From assembly GCA_043228905.1 (NCBI GenBank), contig JBHGNT010000022.1, positions 8,680,001-8,744,000 on the forward strand: a stretch of 64,000 nt of DNA, read 5' to 3'. Below are positions 1 through 11,326 of the stretch, piece after piece. The notes beneath the pieces were generated by a model that was given only the letters and a program-made list of their open reading frames with translations, did not search any database and was not told where the DNA came from. Each line of letters starts with the position of its first letter. Position 1 is the stretch's first letter. The translations under genes and the position numbers were made by a program. Origin of the DNA: Azolla caroliniana (Eukaryota > Plantae > Polypodiophyta).

Positions 1-3000
1 GATAGGGTTCGAGGAGAGAACTATGGAACACCGGATGAATCCGAAGGTGCGGAGGGAGTTCGAGCCGAAAAGCAACATCATTAATCTTCCCGATAATACG
101 GAAAGGACCTAACCGCCGATAGTCCAACTTCTCACATGGGCGAGTAGTCTTGACGTGTCGTCGAAGCAGCCATACCCGATCGCCAATGTCAAAACTGGAT
201 GGAAGTCGATGACGATCCGTATAAACCTTGTGTGCTTGTTGAGCTTGCTGGAGCTGAGTAGATAGATCCGCTTGTATCTTGTGTAATCGCTCCAAACGAT
301 CCTCTGCGCAAGGATTCGTGGGCAATTCTGGGGTTTCAACTACACACCATCGGGGATGACAACCTGTGTAAGCATAAAATGGGGTAACCTTTGTTGAGGA
401 GTGGACGGAGTTGTTATATGCAAACTCGGCGAAATGGAGAATATCTGCCCAATCATCTTGATGGTAACTTAGAAAACACCGAAGATACTGCTCCAACGTT
501 TGATTTGTTCGTTCTGCCTGGCCGTCTGTTTGCGGGTGGTAGCCGGAGGAAAGGTTACAAGTCACTTGAAGCATTTTAAAGAAGTGCTTCCAAAACTTCG
601 AAACGAATTGGGGTCCACGATCGCTGATGATGCTATCAGGGAGGCCGTGATGCCGACATACTTCGCGCATAACAATCTCGGCGGTTCCTTCACTGGATAT
701 TTCTTTAGTACATGGTAGGAAATGAGCCATCTTCGTATAGCGATCTACGACTGTTAAGATCGCATCGAATCCCTTAGACATCGGGAGGTCCGTGATGAAA
801 TCTAGAGCAATGGATTGCCACGGCTTACTCGGAATTGGTAATGGTTCTAACAAACCATATGGATGATGCCTTGGCATTTTTGCCCTGCAACATGTATCAC
901 AAGTCCGAACAAAATCTTCGACAAATTGTCGCATGTGGGGCCACCAGAATGAGCGTTGTACTAAATCTAATGTTTTAGTACTACCAAAATGCCCAGCAGT
1001 ATATGTATCATGACAGCTTTGGACTACTTGAAGGCGACCAGTACCATTAGGAACATACAAGAGTGTCTTAAAAAATAGTAATCCATCATGGTATTGGAAT
1101 TGCCGATAATCCGTACCTGGTTGTTGCGATTCCGAACAAGATGCTTGAGAGGGATCGATTTGTTTTAGAATGGCTTGGGCGAATGCATCCGTCTTCAAGT
1201 CCTCCCGTATGGTATCGATAACGCGAGAATCCATGGGCATGTCGAAGATCTGTGCTGCTTGTAGTCGTGCCGGTCCCAAGATGACTTGCTTTTGGTTATC
1301 GAAGGCTGGCTCGCCGGGACGCGGTGCTAGATATGAACGTCGTGATAATGCATCCGCCTTCCCTTGGTGCTTCCCCGGTCGATAAGTAATTTTGAAGTCG
1401 AAACGTGTGAGGAAGTGGGCCCACCGGGCTTGACGTCGATTCAGCACACGAGCATCCTGAAAGTAGGCAAGGTTCTTGTGGTCACTGAATACAGTGACTG
1501 GGTGAGGGGATCCCTCTAGGAAATGCCTCCATTGCATAAATGAATCCACTATTGCCAAGAGTTCCTTATCATGTATCTCGTAGTTGATTTCGGCGGCGTC
1601 AAACTTTCGTGAATGAAAAGCCACAGGATGTAGCTTCTCGTCATTACCATGTTGTGACAGAATGCTCCCCAATGCGAAATCCGATGCGTCAGCTTCGATA
1701 ATGAATGGTTTTTCTGGATCGACATGACCCAGAATTGGAGCTGATGTAAACGCCTTTTTCAGATTCTCGAAAGCCAAGTCTGTTTCTTCAGACCAAATGA
1801 ACGCTTGCCCCTTTCTGGTAAGCTGTGTGAGAGGCAGAACGATCCTTGAGTAATCTTGTATGAACTTCCGGTAAAAATTGGCAAAGCCTAGAAAACACTG
1901 CACATCCCGCACCGAACGCGGAGTCTGCCAATCCACCACCGTTTTGACTTTAGCTGGGTCCATGGAGATGCCTTCTGAGGAGATGACATAGCCGAGAAAT
2001 TCCACCTGGTTGCACCCGAAACTACATTTTTCTAGTTTTGCATACAGACCATGTTCTCGAAGTCGTTTTAGTACTGATAGTACATGAGAATCATGCTCTT
2101 CCTGGGTCTTCGAATAAACCAATAGATCATCCAAGTAGATGATCAAAAAATTATCCAACAGGTCTCGGAATATATCGTTTGCCATGTGCTGGAAGACTGC
2201 CGGCGCATTAGTGAGACCGAACGGCATGACTGTATACTCGAAGTGCCCGTATCTAGTACGAAACGCCGTCTTCCATTCGTCTCCTGGTCGAATTCGTACG
2301 AGGTTATATGCTCCTCGTAAGTCGATCTTCGTGAAGAACCTGGCACCATTGATCCGTTCTAAAAGACTTGAGATAAGGGGCAGTGCATACCTATTCCTGA
2401 TGGTGACTTTATTTAAGCCACGATAGTCGACAACAAGGCGAAGAGATCCGTCCTTCTTCTTGACGAAGAAAATAGGTGCGCCTGCGGGAGATTTTGAATG
2501 CCGAATGAAACCATTAGCCAAATTCTCCTCTATGTAGGCTCGAAGGACTTCTAGCTCCGTAGGTGACAAATTGTAGATTGGCCCCCATGGCGGCTCCTTT
2601 CCTGGTTGTAGATCGATGGGGCAATCGTACGGTCGATGATGAGGAAGTGTGTTGGCTTGTATTTTATCGAACACATCAGCATACTGACGATACTTCTCGG
2701 GAAGTTGAACGATGGACTCCTCTTTGGTGGTGCTGGAGGGTTGTACTGATATTGCGAAGAGAAACATGTCCTCCTTGTGCCCTTCCTCACGCAACTGATG
2801 TAGTGAAATGGTTGCAATCTTCTGGGTAGATCCTTGGGTTTGTCGAAACTGAATTTTCCTTGTCCTCCAATCTATGTCTGGGTTATGTAACTCAAACCAT
2901 GGTAATCCTAAAACTATGGGATGTTCTGGAATACTAATTATATTAAATGATATTACACATGCTAGATTATCTAGGACAACATTAACGGGCTCTGATTCTT

Positions 3001-3297
3001 CTATGATATTTCCGGAAGCAATGGGACGACCATCAATGACTACTACGGAGGCTGGACACGAGAGTTTTCTAAGAGATATCTGATGAGCTTGGGCAAAATT
3101 CTTATCCATAAAGCAAGAGTTTGCTCCGGAATCTAGGAGTGCTAAGACATGTACTGGAGGGGTACTTTTAGTACTAACGGCTACTTGGGCTACGAACACA
3201 TTGCTAACTTGCTTAGAGGAAATGGAACCACTAGTGGGCTGCACAGATCTAGGGCTGTCCAACCAAACGGCTCCTATTTTGGCTGGACTTAGTCGTT
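1..3297 (-). CDS. pol: pol (PR-RT-RNaseH-INT) of element C, partial, entered by -1 frameshift
   Basis: The -1 frame after gag reads RLSPAKIGAVWLDSPR...LLDSGANSCFMD, followed by RT, RH and INT motifs. It is missing from the ORF track, probably because it runs off the window edge. Intactness was spot-checked only. Confidence 0.8.
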
Positions 3298-4488
3298 TAA
3301 CTCTTCTTCTAACTGACTAAGGACATCAAATTTGTTTGCTAGGTTCGGACTGTAAGTACTATTAGGACTATCATGCACACTTAGGGAAATAGACTCGGTT
3401 TTAGTACTGTTAAAACTATCATGCGTAGCTAAGGCAATAGACTCAGGTTTAGTACTATTAGTACTAGCAGTAATTTGGTTTACCTGCCTTTTTGGCCTAT
3501 GGGGACAATTTATTGCAATGTGTCCTGGTCCACCGCAGTAAAGACATAGTCGATTTGTACGACGTCGCTGCTTTTCCTCTTCGGATAATGGCCCTCGACG
3601 ACGTGTTGTGTCAATCTCCATCGGAGTCGGAGTATTCGCTGGAGGTGCAAGGTATGACTCCCTCGGAAAAGGTCTTGATGTCACTGAGGCGTAGGTGGGC
3701 TCCGATCTTGCCCTCGGCATCTGTAGTTGTCGTTCCGAACGACGCTCAAATAGACGGTTGTCGCATCTTACCGCGCGACTAATTGCTTCTGTTAAGGACT
3801 TCGGCTCTTCGGGGAAGGTCAAGAGTAAATCCTTGACATCGTTGCGTAAACCGTAACGGAATTGCTCCATTAACGCTTGATCATCCCAAGGAATATCGGC
3901 GGCGAGTAGGCGAAAATCTGCAGCGTATGCGGAGGCTGGACGATCACCTTGACGTAATCGCCGAATTTTGTTGATTGCGGTTCTGATGCTGTCAGTATCT
4001 CCGAAACATGCTTTAAACTCACCGATAAATTCTTCAAAATTATTGAGCAACGGGGATTCCTTTTCTAATAGGGGAGCGAACCACGCCAACGCTGAGCCAC
4101 TTAATAAAGTTCCTACTAAACCCACTCGTGATGCATCGGTGGGATATCGACAAGGATGCATTTGAATAACTAGTCGTACCTGATTAAGGAACCCTCTAAA
4201 CTGCGATCGCGTTCCATCAAACTTCGTGGGAAGGCCAATCTTGGGTTCTTTATGAGTTCCTTGTGTTGCGGGCCCGTGTTGTTGCATCGCCACGATGGTT
4301 GCTTCGAGTTGTTGTACGCGTAACGCAAGTTCCCCATGCTGTTGCTGCGTTTGCTGTTTTTCTAAGGAGATTTGTTGAAGATCCCCCAGCAACCGTTGGT
4401 TTTCTTGTTCCAAAGCATGAAATTTCTCCTTCAAACATTGAAACTCCGAAAAAACGGATTGATATTCTTCAGCGCTAACAGTGGCCAT
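3289..4488 (-). CDS. gag: Gag with retrotransposon-gag domain, PTPMEID motif and CCHC zinc knuckle
   Basis: Intact 399-aa ORF; PTKFDGTRSQFRGF, TPTPMEID, CLYCGGPGHIAINC. Confidence 0.93.
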   Translation of the reverse strand: MATVSAEEYQSVFSEFQCLKEKFHALEQENQRLLGDLQQISLEKQQTQQQHGELALRVQQLEATIVAMQQHGPATQGTHKEPKIGLPTKFDGTRSQFRGFLNQVRLVIQMHPCRYPTDASRVGLVGTLLSGSALAWFAPLLEKESPLLNNFEEFIGEFKACFGDTDSIRTAINKIRRLRQGDRPASAYAADFRLLAADIPWDDQALMEQFRYGLRNDVKDLLLTFPEEPKSLTEAISRAVRCDNRLFERRSERQLQMPRARSEPTYASVTSRPFPRESYLAPPANTPTPMEIDTTRRRGPLSEEEKQRRRTNRLCLYCGGPGHIAINCPHRPKRQVNQITASTNSTKPESIALATHDSFNSTKTESISLSVHDSPNSTYSPNLANKFDVLSQLEEELND

Positions 4489-4879
4489 GGGATGAAAGAG
4501 AAGAGGAATTAAGAGACTAGTAGGAAAGGGGAGAGATAAGAGGGAGAGGAAGGGAAAATTGGTTCAAACTGTCAGGAATCAGTAGTAAGACGGAGACGGA
4601 ATTAGTACTAAACGAAGGATTAGTACTACAGAGAAGGGATTAGTACTAAACGAAGGATTAGTACTATGAGGGGTGTAGAACTTCTTGAGAGAGAAGGAAG
4701 AAGTGAGCGAGACAGAGAGATAGAGAGAGAGAGAGAGAGAGAGTAATGATGAGAGAAATATATGTATTACGTGAAGAGAATGTACAACTGTGGCTAGAAG
4801 GCTTAAGACTGGCGTTGAACCAATTTGGTTCAACATAACGCCTAGTGCCCTCTTTTATAGTATTTCTAAGAGTAATCCT

Positions 4880-4897
4880 GAAGCTTCTAGAATGTTC
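4880..4897. promoter_or_regulatory. Heat-shock element (4 alternating nGAAn/nTTCn units) upstream of the LTR TATA box
   Basis: GAAgcTTCtaGAAtgTTC, about 20 bp upstream of TATA on the element strand. Confidence 0.6.
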
Positions 4898-4972
4898 CAG
4901 AGAAATCTGGAATATACATCAATTTCTAAAATAAAACATAAATGAAAATAATATCCTACAACTTATAATGTA

Positions 4973-5030
4973 TAGTCTAATGGTAAGACCTCGACCCATG
5001 TAGCATAAGGTCATGGGTTCGAGTCTTGCC
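4973..5030 (+). other. tRNA-like Pol III A/B-box module, antisense within LTR C
   Basis: TAGTCTAATGGTAAGAC (A box, D-arm GTCT/AGAC) ... GGTTCGAGTCT (B box). No intact acceptor or anticodon arm. Confidence 0.55.
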
Positions 5031-5036
5031 ATGACA

Positions 5037-5680
5037 ATCGGCCATGTCGTTGACAAGATTCTCATCTTCCTCTCATCATGTCTCCGGCATACCCTTTGGA
5101 CTTCGGCCCAATCTTCAGTAAGACCATTCGTACCGTCATCGTCTTCGAGTTCGATCCCGATGTCCATCCTTTCTTTTCGATCGATCGATTTTACGAACAT
5201 TAGGACTTTATCCTCTCCCACCAATCGTTGTTCCCGCTTCGAAAGTTGAGCAAGACGATGCTCGAACTCTAGGAATGCTTGTGTTGCACTTCGGTGGGTC
5301 TTCTCCGATGCCACCCATTCGTCGAATTTTCGCCGATCTTGTCCCTTTGATCTCTTGTAATCATATGACTCTCGTAAAGCTTCTTCGAATGATCCCCATG
5401 TCGAGTTTTGTTGCCGTATCTTGTGGATTCTCTCTTGTAGCTCATCCGTGGCCACCCGATTGAAGGATGTCACTTGCAATCCTTCCGGTATCCCACATCG
5501 TATCATCTCCGCCTTGTAGTCACGTAGATAGCGTGACACATCGTTTCCGTTGAATTGTCCGTTTCGTTGTACGAGCCGCTTTACTGCCCCCGTGATCTCC
5601 GACATCACTCGTTGTTCTTGTAGCATCCGCTCGAACATCATCATCATTGTTATACTCATTGCCTCTTGTTGATTCTCCAT
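5037..5680 (-). pseudogene. gag: N-terminal Gag of element B, interrupted
   Basis: MENQQEAM...GQFNGNDVSRYLRDYKAEM...GLTEDWAEV; the frame reads into LTR C after TTWP. Confidence 0.85.
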
Positions 5681-6587
5681 CTCCTTGCCACCCGCCTTCA
5701 CGTCGGGTTCACCAACTGTGTCGTGCCTTTCGGCTCCGGATCGTTTGCGTGAGTCGGGTGGGAACCACCGGGGTTTTGGACTAGGAGGAGGAAGAATTTG
5801 AGGCTAATCTAGTTATGAATATGAATAGATTATAAGAAAGAGATATAGAAACTTGTGAATCCCACAAGTATAATTGTTTTAGTTTATCTAAATCGTAGTA
5901 ATAAATTGAAATAATTTAGAATAGATTAGAGTAGATTGAGAAAAGAGATCAAACCTTGTGAATCCCACAAGTATTACATTAATCAATATTTATGTAAGAA
6001 TATGAATTTAGATTGAAAGAGATAGATTATCTTAAACTTCGTGAATCCCACGAGTATATTTTATTGATTGTTGGTGTTTTAGGAAATATATCCAATTTCC
6101 CAAATATTTTTCACACACAATTACATTGTGCTCCCCATCCTTATGTAGTGATGGGAGAGATTAAGCATAGCTACATGCTTTCTTTTCTAATATGTTCATG
6201 CACACTAAATGTGCATGTGATGCTTTTTTAATCCTTGCTTTTATTTGCTAAATATAGTGCTCATGCACGCTACATGTGCATGAGTCACTTTTTAGTTGCT
6301 TGCGTTTTTCTATAAAATATTCACGCACTCTAAAAATGCATGGTTTACCTTTTAATAAAGGTAGGCGCAAATAAAGCACTTATAGTTATTAAATCTATTT
6401 GTAGAACACTAAAGATAAGGTAGCATAATGGTAAAGTTGAGGTTTGGCTACGTGGAGGTATAGGGTTCAAATCCTGCCCTATGCATGTGATAAATATTTT
6501 GATATTCTTATTTTATTTATTTATATGTAATTAAATCGTTTATATTATTTTTACTTTTTCACGTAGTGTACGAAATACACTACGACA
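5037..6587 (-). mobile_element. TGTCG-family Gypsy element B (relative of gag-only element F), truncated by insertion of C
   Basis: LTR 5719-6587; PBS TGGTGAACCCGACGTGAA at 5697-5714; gag from ATG 5680 closely similar to the 13988-16009 ORF; outer flank ACGT at 6588-6591. Confidence 0.88.
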
Positions 6588-8322
6588 ACGTGCTTGGCAT
6601 TCGAAGATAACGCAATATCTTCATCAAATCGGCTTCCGTATGTCAAAATCGGACAACTCCCTCTACATACGAAGCGATTCCACAAGTCCGATTGTCATCA
6701 TCTTATATGTGGATGACCTAGTCATTGGAGGTGAGCATCTCGTCAAAATCACTAAGGTCAAATCACTAAGTTTGAGATGACGGACATGAAGGAGCTCCAC
6801 TACTTCCTCGACATCGAGGTAATTCGGACTCCAGCCGGAATCATGATCTCTCAACGACACTACATCCTCAACTTGTTATACAAGTTCGGGATGGTTGAGT
6901 GCAAATCCGTGGCAACCCCGCTCGATCGTAATCTCAAACTAGATGCGAACTCCGGCACCAAAGCGTGTGAGCCGACTCAATATCGACAACTCATTGGGAG
7001 TCTCATCTACCTCACGATCACACGACTTGATCTCAGTTATCCGGTCGGTCTCCTTAGCCAATTCATGCAAACACCGCGTGATACTCACTTGGATTGCGCT
7101 AAGTGAGTTCTACGATATGTGAGCGGCACAATGGATTGAGGCATCCTCTACAAGACCGCAATGCCAATACGACTCAAGGGGTACACAGACCCCGATTGGG
7201 CCGGCTACAAAGCCGATAGAAGATCAACCTCCGGATTTGTTTTCTCCCTCGGCAGTTGAGCAATATCCTGGAGTAGCAAGAAGCAGCCCACCGTCGCTCT
7301 TTCGAGTACGGAGGCGGAATACAAGGGCGCCGCCGTAGCTGCGTGTGAAGCCGTATGGCTCAAGAGGATTTTGAAGGATCTGGGCGTACCCATCAAGGAT
7401 CCAACTTCCCTTTACTGTGACAACATGAGCAACATCTATCTAGCTCGGAACCCAGTGTTCCACGCGCGGACAAAGCACATCAAAGTGCACTATCACTTCA
7501 TTCGAGAGCGCGTTCTAGCTAGCGATGTCGACCTACAACACATTAACACCAATCTTCAAACGACCGACATCTTCACTAAAGCCTTAGGTGCTGACAAGAT
7601 ATGGCAATTCATGACTGATCTCGGATAGACGATCCCTGACCTGCCAAGCTTGAGGGGGAGTACTGAAGACACTACGCACTAACGCGTAGATTCCGCAACC
7701 ACGCAACAAAGCCGCGAAGAAAGACGCAAGCCGAAGCACAGACTTCGCAACTACGCATGCAAGCCGAAGCATAGACTTCGTAATTACGCACAACACAAGC
7801 TGGAGCACAGATCCCGTAACTCCGCAGAAACGCGAGTCGACGCGGACTCCAGAATGCAAGTTGAAGCAGATTTCGGATACCATCTGAAACCGATCCAACT
7901 TGAGCTTGAGGGGGCGTGTTGTGAATCAAGCTCAACTTGGTCTAGTGTGTGAACTCACCTTGAGAGTGAAGAGACACCTCAACGGTCAAGAGTCACCGTT
8001 ATGTCACCACTTTGTATTCTAGCATTTAGTATGAGTCATAGAATCATATTCTATGACACATAACTTATGAGCTTTCACATTCCCCATGCTCCATGAGCCT
8101 AGTAGTTAATGAAGAGAGAGGGTGACTACATAAAGCACCCTCCTCCCACCTTGTAAAATGTTGGGTCTTTCTCCTTTGCTAATAGAACTTTATCTTGCGT
8201 ATTCTTTGTGTATTACTCCTTGTCTCTCTCATTCTCTCTCTCTCTCTCTCATACACACACAATTCACACCTATTTCCGCTTCACAAGAATCCATCTCTTG
8301 ATTTTTTACATGGTATTAGAGC
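6588..8322 (+). mobile_element. Ty1/Copia fragment A: degenerate RT-RNaseH, PPT, LTR 7917-8310, then PBS-Met
   Basis: [40 protein letters not shown] with stops and frameshifts; PPT GAGGGGGCG; LTR TGTTG...TACA; TGGTATTAGAGC at 8311-8322. Confidence 0.88.
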
Positions 8323-11300
8323 ATTGCCAGGTCCGGCGTCGCGCATCCGGAAACCATGCCGAGTATCGGCAGGCAGTCCGTCTCGATTGTTACCTCCGTC
8401 CCGATCAGGTAGTCCCTGTCGGCCTTGACTGTTGAAACAATACCCCATAGTTCGCGTTTGACTTGGGCGTATCCTCGCTATCGCTCGCTCAATACCTTCA
8501 CCCCGAACCGGATCGGGAACCATGCGCCGTCCTCATCCTTCTGGTTGATCACCCACTCGATCCCGGTCGAGCTCGTGTCCACCGTTACGTAGATGGGGAC
8601 CCCCTTACCGGAAACCACTTTACGGAGAGCTGGCGCTACCGTAAGCGCCTCCTTTAGTCTTCGGACTGACTCTGTGTGCTCCGTCCTCCACTCAAAGCTA
8701 CGCCCCTTTTTCAATAGTCCGTAGAGGGGTTCCGCGACATGTGTGTAGTGCAGGATCCAGATGTGGTAGAACGCGCATGCTCCCAAGAATCTGCGGACCT
8801 CCGTGACCGACCCGCAATCGTTCCTCATCGCAGAGATGGCCTCTACCTTTGCCGGAGACGGTCTCCTACCGTAAGGCCCACACAGGTGTCCGACCACCAA
8901 GATCTCCGACTGCCCGAACGCCAATTTTTCTCCGGAGAAGGTGAGTCGTGCGTTTTCCAACCTCTGCAGCACCTTCTCGCAGTCGTTGATGTGGTTCACG
9001 ATGAACCTCTGTCATCCATCCCGCCCAACAGTCTCGTCCGTATTATCCACCGGACACCCCTTTATTGGGATGTCGTCCAAGAATGGCATGGTGATGTCCG
9101 GGATGTAGTCCCTCAGCACCTTGTTCATTGCGTTCACCATATGCGCCACCAAATTCGTCCCGCCTTGTGGTAGGGTACACATCTGTTACGGGCATGACCA
9201 TATAATATCCCGTGGTAAGAATTTACCGTAGTATTCTATACACGTGGATAAGTGTGAGGGTTAAATGAGAGTGTAAAGAAGGGGAGGATTACTTTTAATC
9301 CTCGGGATTGAGACAACCCATTAGGTCAAGTGTGAACTTGCCTGGGGGCCTTGGGTTTTGCTATAAATAAGAGGCCTAGCTACCCTCGTTTGATCATCTT
9401 TTGACTACATCGAGACTCTGCTCGTGTGGTGGGTCAACTCTTGTAGCGAGCGCGCCAGCACCAGGTACGACTCGACGCCACGGCGGTGGTATGGGACGCC
9501 GATCGAGGCTCGAGTCCGTCTCGATCCCTTCGCTCGGGGGTGGTCGGGTGGATCGGCACCCTTCTTTCTCTTTCTCCTTTCTATCTATCTTTTCATTATC
9601 CTTATCTTAAGCTTACGTTAGTACCAAGATCTATAATATTTGGTATCAGATTTTTGTACTAATGTTTCTTTGTTTTTCATTTGTCTTTTGATTGATGCTG
9701 ATCGATCGTTGTGCGGTTGGCCTTGATCCAGACAACGATCAACAAAGAACTTCGGTAACTCTTTCCATAATTTTTCTTTCTATTCTCTCTTCTCCCATCT
9801 AATCATGTGTTTAGTTTATATGTAATTTTTTTCATTAAGTCAATGATGTTGTAGTGGTCTTTAATTGATTATCTAAAACGTTTACATATGTGCACGAGGT
9901 CAATACCTCGTTTGACATATTAATAATATGTGATGAGTGTCGTATGCGTACGAGGTTAATACCTCAATTACGTATTACGTTCACGAACATATGTTACGTT
10001 TGCGTATGAGTTTAATACCTTGATTTGTTGTAAACGATATGCGTTTGGTCTCGTATGCGTAAGAGGTCAATACCTCCATTGCGTATTACGATGATCTCTT
10101 ATTTGTGGATGTTTCGTGTGCGTAGAGGTATATACCTCGATTACGTATCTCGATCACATCATTTGTGGCTATTTACTATAACGATATGTTTAATATAGGC
10201 ATATGTGGTCACATATATACGTATTTGATCGTATATATGTGATAAGTAAACATATGTGTATATTCGTTATTACGTGATTATATCGAAAGTTGTCATGGTC
10301 GGGAAAAGGATGTTGGTGGCCGTCCTCACATTTTTGTGAGAATGGCGTTGTCACCATCCCTTTTTCAACATTTTTTTATTGTTGATAACCCCGTTGACGA
10401 CCTCGATTTCGTTACGTAAAGAAACGCCAATAGCCATAATGATGTTGAGTACGTAGGGCTTGACCCACTTCAAGTGAGGTCGCTCCAATGACGCACGTAT
10501 CCAACATCCCTCCCTCGTTACATGGATACGATGCCACCATGAGCTCGTTCTTACGAGAGGCATTCGTAATGACGTGACCATGTGATGGCCCACGTGAGCC
10601 TACTACGAAACAAGGGCTCATTTGGCTTGACCATTAGGTTGCACTTTGGCGTATGCCATCGTAATTACGAGACTTGAGGTTAGGTAACGTACCAACATAG
10701 TTTTGGTAAATGAGGGCGAAATAAGGACCCTTGACATATATGTTCTTTTAAAAAAACATATATGATCAATTGCCTCGCATATCTCTTATACGCACCAAAC
10801 ATTAAGCATTCGAGAAGAGCAACTTACTTGGTTGGCTCAAGTGTTTAATGTATTTGTTCTCGAGGTCTCGAGTTCAAATATGACCAAGACCATACAACAT
10901 CCTTGATACATATGACTATAACACATGTTTAGACTTAAGGTCTAAGTGCACCTCGGGGTCCTCGTAATAGGACTTAAAGAGCCGAAACCACTTATGTGGG
11001 CACCGAAACATAGTTTATTGTTAACATTTTTTTCGTGTATAAACTATTCATGACGCGAACATACATGGTTGAGCCTCGGGGAGCCACCATGAAAAAATCG
11101 ATATAGAGATCAGGGAAAGACATTTATTTGTCAGCCCCATGGTTTTTAAAACACCTTTGTGTTACCATAGTAACCTGATCTTGAACCTCATCTCATACGT
11201 CTACAGGGGTATTGACGTGAGATAATGATATCGATTAATGCTCGCCCATGATATGTTTACATCACGACATGATGTTATGACTATATCTCTGACCTTATCC

Positions 11301-11326
11301 TATTTCTTTTCCAGAAATAATCTTTA

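Larger units (their letters stand above)
1..5036 (-). mobile_element. Ty3/Gypsy Tcn1/Tf1-like LTR retrotransposon, element C (5' LTR, gag, pol; 3' end lies outside the window)
   Basis: LTR 4570-5036 (TGTCA...TGACA on minus). Gag with CLYCGGPGHIAINC knuckle. Pol motifs on minus: LLDSGA, PWGPIYNLS, YLDD, IHDKELLA, DFITDLP, HPVFHSSLLEPY. Inserted into element B. Confidence 0.93.
4570..5036 (-). repeat. 5' LTR of element C
   Basis: TG...CA inverted ends; TATA at 4853-4860 (minus); (CT)n tract; ~19-bp GGATTAGTACTA tandem at 4600-4667; followed by a non-tRNA PBS GTTTGAACCAATT. Confidence 0.88.

Noticed and set aside
9895-10140. CRISPR-like array (palindromic repeat plus spacer)
   Set aside because: The core is only 14 nt, the spacers are related to each other, there are no cas genes, and the context is a eukaryotic retroelement. 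Kept only as an RNA-hairpin array.
10828-10888. A/B-box-like sequence in the leader of E (TGGCTCAAGTG...GAGTTCAAAT)
   Set aside because: Single weak instance in sense orientation with no second copy to support it.
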